A DNA stretch of 63,603 nucleotides, counting the filler. It is 3 parts of 3 records of this genome, joined end to end, with 100 filler letters (N's around TTAATTAATTAA, not from the genome) between each part and the next. Parts side by side here need not be neighbours in the genome. Positions count along the whole stretch, not along the records: positions 50,425 to 63,603 come from DRR723986_1360; 2 more parts are not named here. One strand, 5' to 3'. Shown here in pieces: positions 54,543 through 62,501 of the stretch (positions are counted from its first letter, which is position 1; the number at the start of each line of letters is the position of its first letter). The notes beneath the pieces were generated by a model. The model saw only the letters and a program-made list of their open reading frames with translations. It was not told the origin of the DNA and made no database searches. Made by a program: the position numbers and the translations under genes.

Positions 54543-55280
54543 ATGTTTGATTTGACCGGGAAAACAGCGCTGATCACTGGCGCGTCGGGCGGTATTGGTG
54601 GGGCGATCGCCACGGCGTTGCATGGGGCTGGGGCCACTGTGGCACTGTCGGGCACCCGCGAGGCACCGCTGCAAGAGCTTTGCGCCGCATTGGGCAGCCG
54701 CGCCCATGTGCTGGCGTGCAACCTGTCTGATCCTGCGGCGGTGGATGCATTGCCCAAACAGGCGGTCGAGGTGATGGGCGGCGTGGATATCTTGGTTAAT
54801 AATGCCGGGATCACGCGCGACCAGATTTTCATGCGCATGTCAGATGATGAATGGCAATCGGTGATCGATGTGAACCTGACCGCCACCATGCGCCTGTGCC
54901 GCGGTGTGATGCGCCCGATGATGAAGGCGCGCTGGGGGCGCATTATCAACATCTCGTCGATCGTGGGGGCCACGGGCAACCCGGGGCAGGTGAATTACGC
55001 CGCCTCGAAAGCGGGGATGGTGGGGTTGACCAAATCGATCGCCTACGAGGTGGCAAGCCGTGGCATTACCGCCAATGCGGTGGCGCCCGGGTTTATTGCA
55101 ACAGCCATGACCGACAAGCTGAGCGATGATCAAAAGGCGGCAATCAACGGGAAAATTCCAGCGGCCCGCATGGGCACGCCCGAGGAAATAGCGGCTGCGG
55201 TTTTGTATCTGGCCAGCCCCGAGGCGGGCTATGTGACGGGCACAACGCTGCATGTGAATGGCGGGATGGCCATGCTGTAA
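54543..55280 (+). CDS. fabG: 3-oxoacyl-ACP reductase
   Basis: TGASGGIG, NNAGITRD and YAASK. Confidence 0.97.
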   Translation: MFDLTGKTALITGASGGIGGAIATALHGAGATVALSGTREAPLQELCAALGSRAHVLACNLSDPAAVDALPKQAVEVMGGVDILVNNAGITRDQIFMRMSDDEWQSVIDVNLTATMRLCRGVMRPMMKARWGRIINISSIVGATGNPGQVNYAASKAGMVGLTKSIAYEVASRGITANAVAPGFIATAMTDKLSDDQKAAINGKIPAARMGTPEEIAAAVLYLASPEAGYVTGTTLHVNGGMAML

Positions 55281-55315
55281 GCTGTGGCGCGGGGAATCAA
55301 TGCCCCAAGCGGATG

Positions 55316-55347
55316 AACCTGCCGGGAAATTTCCGGCAGGTTTTTTT
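55316..55347 (+). terminator. Intrinsic terminator after fabG
   Basis: AACCTGCCGG...CCGGCAGGTT followed by a T-run. Confidence 0.85.
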
Positions 55348-55708
55348 ATGCGCCCCGCAGTGGATATGGGCAGCCTTGGCTGATTTGGCATTTTGGGGTT
55401 TTTTAAATGCCCCATGTTTTCAATCAGTTATTTTCTTGGCCATGGCCGCGCGGGGGGGAATGGGGGCGCCGGTTTCACGCCAGATTTGGATTGGCTGTGC
55501 CATCATTGAAAGCGTTTGCGTTAAGCCGCGCTTATGCTATAGCCCACGCAGTCGAACCGGGGGTTTCCTTGGTTCTCCCCAAGCGGGGCGAAGCCGCTCA
55601 GATTCGTCTGGGCAAAACCGTCTGGACCTGTTCAGACAAAACAGTGCCACCCTGCAGGGCGAGGGCAGAAACGGGCGATAACGCCCACGAAGTTGTGAGG
55701 ACTGGAAC

Positions 55709-55942
55709 ATGAGCGATATCGCAGATCGCGTGAAAAAGATCGTTGTCGAGCATCTGGGCGTTGAAGAGGACAAGGTTGTCGAAAACGCCTCGTTCATCGA
55801 TGATCTGGGCGCAGACAGCCTGGACACCGTGGAACTGGTGATGGCCTTTGAGGAAGAGTTCGGCATCGAGATCCCTGATGACGCAGCCGAAACCATCCAG
55901 ACCTTCGGCGATGCAGTGAAATTCATCACTGACGCATCGTAA
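55709..55942 (+). CDS. acpP: Acyl carrier protein
   Basis: [20 protein letters not shown]. Confidence 0.98.
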   Translation: MSDIADRVKKIVVEHLGVEEDKVVENASFIDDLGADSLDTVELVMAFEEEFGIEIPDDAAETIQTFGDAVKFITDAS

Positions 55943-55964
55943 GAATTCGCAGCCAAGCTGCATC

Positions 55965-55996
55965 AAGGCCCCTGCCATTGGCGGGGGCTTTTTTTT
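55965..55996 (+). terminator. Intrinsic terminator after acpP
   Basis: GCCCCTGCC-ATT-GGCGGGGGC followed by T8. Confidence 0.8.
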
Positions 55997-56139
55997 GCGC
56001 GCAGGCAGGGTCGCGGGGTGCGGGCGGAAAAAACCAGCTAACCTTTCCGTGCACAGGCGCTGTGGGTGGTGCGGCCTCTTGCCCCCAAGGGGTGGCTCGG
56101 GGTAAGAGCGGGGTAACGAGGAAAGAGAGGGCAGAACCT

Positions 56140-57399
56140 ATGCGTCGTGTCGTTGTTACGGGCCTTGGACTGGTCACACCTTTGGGGTGTGGGGTGGAAA
56201 CCACATGGCAACGCCTGCTGGCGGGGCAATCGGGCGCGGGCCCGATCACGCGGTTTGACCCAAGCCGGGTGCAAACCACCTATGCCTGCCAGGTGCCTTT
56301 GGGCGATGGCAGCGATGGCACGTTCAATGCCGATGACTGGATGGAACCCAAAGAGCGCCGCAAGGTGGATGATTTTATCCTTTATGGCATTGCTGCGGCG
56401 GATCAGGCCGTGCATGACGCGGGCTGGACGCCAGAAGACGAGGAAAGCCGCCTGCGCACTGGGGTGATGATTGGCTCGGGCATCGGTGGGTTGCAATCGA
56501 TCGAGCAGACGACGCTGTTGATGGCAGAAAAAGGGCCGCGGCGGGTGTCGCCCTTTTTCATTCCGGGGGCGCTGATCAACCTGATTTCGGGCCAGGTTTC
56601 TATACGCTTCGGCTTTAAGGGGCCCAACCATGCGGTGGTGACTGCCTGTTCCACTGGCGCGCATGCCATTGGCGATGCGGCGCGGTTGATCCAGTTTGGC
56701 GATGCCGATGTGATGGTGGCCGGCGGTGCAGAGGCGGCCATTTGCGAGATTGGCATTGCCGGTTTTAACGCGTGCAAGGCGCTTTCCACCAAACGTGCCG
56801 ATGATCCCAAGGCGGCAAGCCGCCCTTATGATGCCGATCGCGATGGGTTTGTGATGGGCGAGGGTGCGGGCGTTGTGGTGCTAGAGGAATACGAGCACGC
56901 AAAGGCCCGTGGCGCAAAGATTTATGCCGAGGTTCTGGGCTACGGGCTGTCGGGCGATGCCTATCACATTACCGCGCCATCCGAGGATGGCGATGGCGGG
57001 TTCCGCTCGATGAGCGCTGCCTTGGCGCGGGCCGGGCTAGAGCCGAAAGATATTGATTACATAAATGCGCATGGCACCTCGACCATGGCAGATGTGATCG
57101 AATTGGCCGCGGTAGAGCGGCTGTTGGGCGATGCGGCCAGCACTGCGACCATGTCATCGACGAAATCGGCCACGGGGCATTTATTGGGCGCTGCGGGCGC
57201 GATCGAGGCGATTTTCTCGATCCTGGCGGTGCGCGATCAGGTGGCACCCCCCACGATCAACCTGGACACGCCCGCGGTAGAGACACCGTTGGATTTGGCG
57301 CCCAATGCCAAGCGTGAGCGCAAGATCAATGTGGCGCTGTCCAACAGCTTTGGCTTTGGTGGCACGAATGCCAGTCTGATTGTGGGAACGCCGCGCTAA
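56140..57399 (+). CDS. fabF: 3-oxoacyl-ACP synthase II
   Basis: MRRVVVTGLG, TACSTG, NAHGTST, GHLLGAAG and SNSFGFGG. Confidence 0.97.
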   Translation: MRRVVVTGLGLVTPLGCGVETTWQRLLAGQSGAGPITRFDPSRVQTTYACQVPLGDGSDGTFNADDWMEPKERRKVDDFILYGIAAADQAVHDAGWTPEDEESRLRTGVMIGSGIGGLQSIEQTTLLMAEKGPRRVSPFFIPGALINLISGQVSIRFGFKGPNHAVVTACSTGAHAIGDAARLIQFGDADVMVAGGAEAAICEIGIAGFNACKALSTKRADDPKAASRPYDADRDGFVMGEGAGVVVLEEYEHAKARGAKIYAEVLGYGLSGDAYHITAPSEDGDGGFRSMSAALARAGLEPKDIDYINAHGTSTMADVIELAAVERLLGDAASTATMSSTKSATGHLLGAAGAIEAIFSILAVRDQVAPPTINLDTPAVETPLDLAPNAKRERKINVALSNSFGFGGTNASLIVGTPR

Positions 57400-58556
57400 T
57401 GTGGCGGGCTGTTGCCTCGAATGCCATCACGTTGTTGATGGTGGCGCTGTTTTTATTGGGCGGCGTTATTTTGTGGGGACAGTCGGAATATAAGGCCGCG
57501 GGACCGCTGCAAGAGGCAATATGCCTGCAGGTGCCGCGCGGCAGCACCATGGCGCGCGTGAGTGGCGATTTGCAAACGCAAGGTGCCATTTCAAACGATG
57601 TGATCTTTCGCTTGGGGGCAGATTACACCGAAAAGGCGCAAGATTTGAAAGCGGGCAGTTTTCTGGTGCCCCCTGGCGCGTCGATGGCCGAGATTGTGGA
57701 TATCATCACGCGCGGCGGTGCGTCGAGCTGTGGCACAGAGGTGGTCTACCGAATTGGCGTGGCGCGCGTAACCTTTGAGCTGCGCGAACTGGACCCGGCG
57801 ACCAGCCGATACGTTGAAAAGGCGGAATTTGATCCGGCAGAGGGCGCAATGCCCGAAGCGTTTCAGCAGGCATCGGCGCAGGCCGGCACCCGCCACCGCG
57901 TGGCATTGGCCGAAGGGGTGACCAGCTGGCAGGTGGTTGAGGGGTTAAAGGCCATCGATCTGCTGCAAGGCGAGGTGCCGGAGCTGCCCGCCGAAGGGGC
58001 GCTGGCGCCCGATAGTTACGAGTTTCAGGCCGGCGATACGCGGGTAAAGGTGCTGGGGCGCATGGCGGCAGCGCAAGACGCCATTTTGGCTGCGGCTTGG
58101 GAGGCGCGGGCGCCGGGCCTGCCGCTGAGCAGCCCGGAAGAGGCGCTGATTCTGGCGTCGATCATTGAAAAAGAAACCGCCGTGGCCGAAGAGCGCCGGG
58201 TTGTGGCCAGTGTGTTTGTAAACCGCTTGAACCGCGGGATGCGGCTGCAGACAGACCCGACCGTTATTTATGGGATCACCCAAGGGCAGGGCATTTTGGG
58301 GCGCGGCCTGCGCCAAAGCGAGCTGCGCCGTGAAACCCCTTGGAACACTTATGTTATTCCCGCTCTGCCGCCCACGCCTATTGCCAACCCGGGGCGGGCC
58401 AGCATCGAGGCTGCTTTGAACCCAGAGCAGACGGATTTTGTGTTCTTTGTGGCCGATGGCACAGGAGGGCATGTGTTTGCCAAAACCCTGGCCGAGCATA
58501 ATGCAAATGTGGCCAAGTGGCGCAAAATCGAGGCCGAGCGGCGGGCGCAGGACTAG
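57399..58556 (+). CDS. mltG: Endolytic transglycosylase MltG
   Basis: N-terminal TM segment, LASIIEKET, RLQTDPTVIYG and LPPTPIANPG. Confidence 0.95.
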   Translation: MWRAVASNAITLLMVALFLLGGVILWGQSEYKAAGPLQEAICLQVPRGSTMARVSGDLQTQGAISNDVIFRLGADYTEKAQDLKAGSFLVPPGASMAEIVDIITRGGASSCGTEVVYRIGVARVTFELRELDPATSRYVEKAEFDPAEGAMPEAFQQASAQAGTRHRVALAEGVTSWQVVEGLKAIDLLQGEVPELPAEGALAPDSYEFQAGDTRVKVLGRMAAAQDAILAAAWEARAPGLPLSSPEEALILASIIEKETAVAEERRVVASVFVNRLNRGMRLQTDPTVIYGITQGQGILGRGLRQSELRRETPWNTYVIPALPPTPIANPGRASIEAALNPEQTDFVFFVADGTGGHVFAKTLAEHNANVAKWRKIEAERRAQD

Positions 58557-58582
58557 GCCCATGTAGGGCTATGGGCGGAAAA

Positions 58583-58670
58583 GTTAACGGATCGTTTCTG
58601 GGGAGATCTGGTTAACAGATTGTAAATAAACGAATTTATTGACATTTGCGCACGCTTTGCTCTATGCATT
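58583..58670 (+). promoter_or_regulatory. GTA cluster promoter region with CtrA-like sites and a -35 box
   Basis: GTTAAC at 58583 and 58611, TTAA-N7-TAAA at 58612-58626 and TTGACA at 58639-58644, in an AT-rich patch. Confidence 0.55.
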
Positions 58671-58693
58671 GTGGCACGCTGGAAGAGGTGGCG

Positions 58694-58729
58694 AAACGGC
58701 CGCAGGGCATACCCTGTTGGCCGTTTTTT
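58694..58729 (+). terminator. Intrinsic terminator-like hairpin in the GTA leader
   Basis: AAACGGCC-G-CAGGG-CATA-CCCTG-TT-GGCCGTTT-TTT, about 50 nt upstream of g1. Confidence 0.75.
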
Positions 58730-58778
58730 CGTCTTGCTCGTGCGGAGGGACACGCATGAGGCAACATAGGCGCAGCAG

Positions 58779-59129
58779 ATGACCCAACGAGACGTCGATG
58801 CAGATCACACACCGCTGGGGCGTGCGATCAAGGTCGTAGAAGAGCAACTGCTTGAAATGAGTACCACGCTAATCGCCCTTCAGGAGCGTGTGCGCCATGG
58901 CGAGCTGGAGGCGCTGAAAGACAGCGCCAAGCTGACCGTGGAAATACGCCATTGGCTGAAGATGGCCCTTGAAACGGAGCAAAGATGTGAAGACCGTCGC
59001 AGAGAACAACAAGGAATTGTTAACGGATACGCCCTGGACCTTGACGCCGCACGCACTGAGGTTGGGTGCCGCCTGGCTCGCCTCAGGGCCACGCGATGCC
59101 CAGGACGCTTTCCTAGAGGGGATGAGTGA
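58779..59129 (+). CDS. GTA small terminase (g1)
   Basis: 116-aa helical protein with C-terminal ALDLDAARTEVGCRLARLR, immediately before the large terminase. Confidence 0.78.
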   Translation: MTQRDVDADHTPLGRAIKVVEEQLLEMSTTLIALQERVRHGELEALKDSAKLTVEIRHWLKMALETEQRCEDRRREQQGIVNGYALDLDAARTEVGCRLARLRATRCPGRFPRGDE

Positions 59130-60399
59130 GCAAACCCTGCTGGCCTTGCCCTATCTTTTCGAGTTTTGGGCAATGGAGCACCAACTGCCACCCCCGGGGG
59201 CATGGCGGGCATGGGTTATTTTGGGCGGGCGCGGCGCGGGGAAAACCCGGGCTGGCGCTGAATGGGTGCGCAGCCTGGTGGAAGGCGCCACGCCGCTGGC
59301 GCCCGGGCGCTGCGCGCGCGTGGCGCTTGTGGGCGAAACGCTGGATCAGGCACGCGAGGTGATGGTCTTTGGCGAAAGTGGCATTTTGGCCTGTGTGCCC
59401 CCAGATCGCCGCCCGGTGTGGAATGGTGGGCGGCGCATGCTGACATGGCCCAATGGCGCCACGGCGCAGGTGTTTTCGGCCCACGAGCCCGAGGCGATGC
59501 GCGGGCCGCAATTTGATGCGGCTTGGGTGGATGAGCTGGCCAAATGGCGTCGCGCCCGTGATGCGTGGGACATGCTGCAATTTGCCCTGCGCTTGGGCGA
59601 TGATCCGCGGGTCTGCGTGACCACGACACCGCGCAATGTGGGCATTTTGAAAGAGATTTTGGCCCGCCCCAGCACTGTCAGCAGTCATGCCGCAACCGAT
59701 GCCAATGCGGCCAACCTGGCGGCAAGCTTTCTGGAGGAGGTGCGCCAGCGCTATGGCGGCACGCGGTTGGGGCGCCAAGAGCTGGAGGGCGTGTTGATGG
59801 AAGATGCGGAAGGCGCGTTGTGGACGCGGGCCTGCCTAGAGCAGGCGCGCAGCACCGATATGCCGGCGCTGGACCGGGTTGTCGTGGCGGTTGATCCGCC
59901 GGTGACGGGCCATGCGCAGTCTGATGAATGCGGGATTGTTGCTGTGGGCGTAACGGCGCAGGGCGGGCCGCAAAACTGGCGTGCCTATGTGCTAGAGGAT
60001 GCCTCGGTTTCGGCGGCCTCGCCCGATACATGGGCGCGTGCCGCCATTGCCGCGCGCGACCGGTGGGGGGCCGAACGGTTGGTGGCCGAGGTGAACCAGG
60101 GGGGCGATTTGGTCGAGGCGGTGCTGCGGCAGGTAGATCCGCTGGTGGCGCTGCGCAAGGTGCATGCCAGCCGTGGCAAGCTGGCCCGGGCCGAGCCGGT
60201 GGCCGCCTTATACGAGCAAGGCCGCGTGCATCACTTAGGCGGGTTTGGCGTGCTGGAAGACCAGATGTGCGCGATGACCACCCAAGGCTATCAGGGGTTG
60301 GGCAGCCCCGACCGCCTGGATGCTTTGGTATGGGCGCTCAGCGATTTGATGATCGAACCTGCCGCCAATTGGCGCCGCCCGGCGGTGCGCGCGCTGTAG
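59041..60399 (+). CDS. GTA large terminase (g2)
   Basis: Walker A ILGGRGAGKT, Walker B AWVDE, TTTPR, nuclease VAVDPP and SPDRLDALVWA. Start is uncertain (TTG 58969, TTG 59041 or ATG 59122). Confidence 0.93.
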   Translation: MTPHALRLGAAWLASGPRDAQDAFLEGMSEQTLLALPYLFEFWAMEHQLPPPGAWRAWVILGGRGAGKTRAGAEWVRSLVEGATPLAPGRCARVALVGETLDQAREVMVFGESGILACVPPDRRPVWNGGRRMLTWPNGATAQVFSAHEPEAMRGPQFDAAWVDELAKWRRARDAWDMLQFALRLGDDPRVCVTTTPRNVGILKEILARPSTVSSHAATDANAANLAASFLEEVRQRYGGTRLGRQELEGVLMEDAEGALWTRACLEQARSTDMPALDRVVVAVDPPVTGHAQSDECGIVAVGVTAQGGPQNWRAYVLEDASVSAASPDTWARAAIAARDRWGAERLVAEVNQGGDLVEAVLRQVDPLVALRKVHASRGKLARAEPVAALYEQGRVHHLGGFGVLEDQMCAMTTQGYQGLGSPDRLDALVWALSDLMIEPAANWRRPAVRAL

Positions 60400-60475
60400 T
60401 TTAGAAACCTTAAACTTTTGTGCTCAAATTGCCCTCAACAGCGCAAGGCGGGCCTGCCCGTGGAAGGAGCGAGAA

Positions 60476-61678
60476 ATGGTTTTTGAATTCATGCGCCGGA
60501 AAGGCACCCCCATCAGCCCGCCCGAGGCCAAGGCCAGCGCGGTGGGCCGTGTGGTGGGGTTTGGCAGCACAGGCCGCGTGGCATGGAGCGCCCGCGACAC
60601 GGTAAGCCTGGCGCGCAATGGCTATGTGGGCAACCCGGTGGTGCACCGCTGCGTGAAGATGATTGCCGAGGCGGCAGCCGCCTTGCCATTGGTGTTGCAA
60701 GACCAGACCGCGCGCTACGAGGCGCACCCGATGCTGCAGCTTGTGGCAAACCCGAACCCGGCCCAGGGCAAGGCTGAATTGCTAGAGGCGCTTTTTGGCT
60801 ATTTGCTGCTGACGGGTAACTCGTATGTCGAGGCGGTGGGCGGCGAAGAGGGGCGCTGGCCCAGCGAGTTGCACGTGCTGCGCGCTGACCGGGTGCAGGT
60901 GGTGCCGGGGCATGACGGATGGCCGGTTGGCTATGAGTATTCTGTTGGCGCGCGCAAGCACCGTTTCGATGCCACAGGGGCGTTGCCGCCGGTGTGCCAT
61001 ATGCGGGCGTTTCACCCGCAAGATGACCATTATGGCCTGTCGCCCCTACAGGCGGCGGCGCAGGCGCTGGATGTGCATAATGCCGCCAGCCGCTGGTCGA
61101 AGGCCTTGCTGGATAATGCGGCGCGGCCTTCGGGGGCGATTGTTTACCGTGGGGCAGATGGTGCGAGTGGCTTGAGCGCCGATCAATACGACCGGCTGGT
61201 GGCCGAAATGGAAACCCACCATCAAGGTGCGCGCAATGCCGGGCGGCCGATGCTGCTGGAGGGGGGGCTGGATTGGAAGCCAATGGGCTTTAGCCCCAGC
61301 GATATGGAGTTTCAAAAGACCAAGGATAGCGCCGCGCGTGAAATTGCGCTGGCCTTTGGTGTGCCGCCAATGCTGCTGGGCATTCCGGGGGATGCGACAT
61401 TTGCCAATTACCAAGAGGCAAACCGCGCCTTTTATCGCTTGACGGTGCTGCCTTTGGCCACGCGGGTGGTGGCGCAATTGTCAGAGTGGCTGGCGCGCTT
61501 TGGTGGGCAAAATTGTGTGCTGCGCCCCGATCTAGACCAGGTGCCTGCCTTGGCGGCAGAGCGCTCTGAGGTGTGGCGGCGGGTCAGCGGCGCCGATTTT
61601 TTGAGCGAGGCCGAAAAGCGCGCGTTGCTGGGCTTGCCGGTGGGCATGGGCGTGGATGAGGGCGCAGCCCATGACTGA
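60476..61678 (+). CDS. GTA HK97-family portal protein (g3)
   Basis: NPVVHRCV, YGLSPL, NAARPSGA, LLEGGLDW and REIALAFGVPP. Confidence 0.94.
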   Translation: MVFEFMRRKGTPISPPEAKASAVGRVVGFGSTGRVAWSARDTVSLARNGYVGNPVVHRCVKMIAEAAAALPLVLQDQTARYEAHPMLQLVANPNPAQGKAELLEALFGYLLLTGNSYVEAVGGEEGRWPSELHVLRADRVQVVPGHDGWPVGYEYSVGARKHRFDATGALPPVCHMRAFHPQDDHYGLSPLQAAAQALDVHNAASRWSKALLDNAARPSGAIVYRGADGASGLSADQYDRLVAEMETHHQGARNAGRPMLLEGGLDWKPMGFSPSDMEFQKTKDSAAREIALAFGVPPMLLGIPGDATFANYQEANRAFYRLTVLPLATRVVAQLSEWLARFGGQNCVLRPDLDQVPALAAERSEVWRRVSGADFLSEAEKRALLGLPVGMGVDEGAAHD

Positions 61679-61913
61679 ACGCCTGGGGCAGATGCCACGC
61701 TATGGGTTCGAGGCATTTGATTGTGCGCCGGGCTTGCGGCTGGAGGCGCATGAGCGGTTGAGCCACATGCAAATTGAGGCGCTGCACAAGCGCGCCGAGC
61801 GGTTAGAGGCGGCCATAGAGAAACTGGAAAAACGGTTGTGGTTTGCGGTTTATGGGGTTGCAACGGCGCTGCTGGCGCAGGCCTTTCAATCGCTTTTGGT
61901 CGTGACACCATAG
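61671..61913 (+). CDS. GTA head formation protein (g3.5, rcc01685-like)
   Basis: FDCAPGLRLEAHER, coiled coil, LEKRLWFAVYGV and a C-terminal hydrophobic helix. Confidence 0.82.
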   Translation: MTERLGQMPRYGFEAFDCAPGLRLEAHERLSHMQIEALHKRAERLEAAIEKLEKRLWFAVYGVATALLAQAFQSLLVVTP

Positions 61914-61922
61914 AAAGGGGCG

Positions 61923-62474
61923 ATGATGCAGACAATTTTGGAAACCAAATTTTGTGGCCCGGGCAGCGATTTGGCCGTGTCAGATGGCGTTGTGATTTCG
62001 GGCTATGCCAGTGTTTTTGGTGCCTGTGATCAGGGTGGTGATATTGTGCAGGCGGGGGCCTATGCGGCCAGCCTGGCGCAGTTGGCACGCGATGGCCGGC
62101 AAGTAAAAATGCTTTGGCAGCACGACCCTGCCCAGCCTATCGGGGTTTGGGACGAGGTGCGCGAGGATGGGCATGGCCTGTTTGTAAAGGGGCGCCTGCT
62201 AGAGGGTGTGGCGCGTGCACGCGAGGCGGCAGCGCTGGTTGCCGCAGGCGCGATAGACGGGCTGTCGATTGGGTATCGCACCAAACAGGCTGTGAAAACG
62301 AATAAGGGCCAGCGGGTTCTGACGGAACTGGAGCTGTGGGAAGTGTCGGTGGTGACTTTCCCCATGCTTGCCAGTGCGCGGGTGGGGCAAAAGGGCGATA
62401 CGCCCGATGATGCCCATCTGCGCGAGATAGCGGCCGCTTTCGAAGCTGCCCGCGCGGTGATGGCTGGCGCATAG
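61923..62474 (+). CDS. GTA HK97 prohead protease (g4)
   Basis: GYASVFG, MLWQHDP, DGLSIGY and LWEVSVVTFPM. Confidence 0.93.
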   Translation: MMQTILETKFCGPGSDLAVSDGVVISGYASVFGACDQGGDIVQAGAYAASLAQLARDGRQVKMLWQHDPAQPIGVWDEVREDGHGLFVKGRLLEGVARAREAAALVAAGAIDGLSIGYRTKQAVKTNKGQRVLTELELWEVSVVTFPMLASARVGQKGDTPDDAHLREIAAAFEAARAVMAGA

Positions 62475-62501
62475 GCCATAGCACAAGCAAAGGATGACGA
62501 G

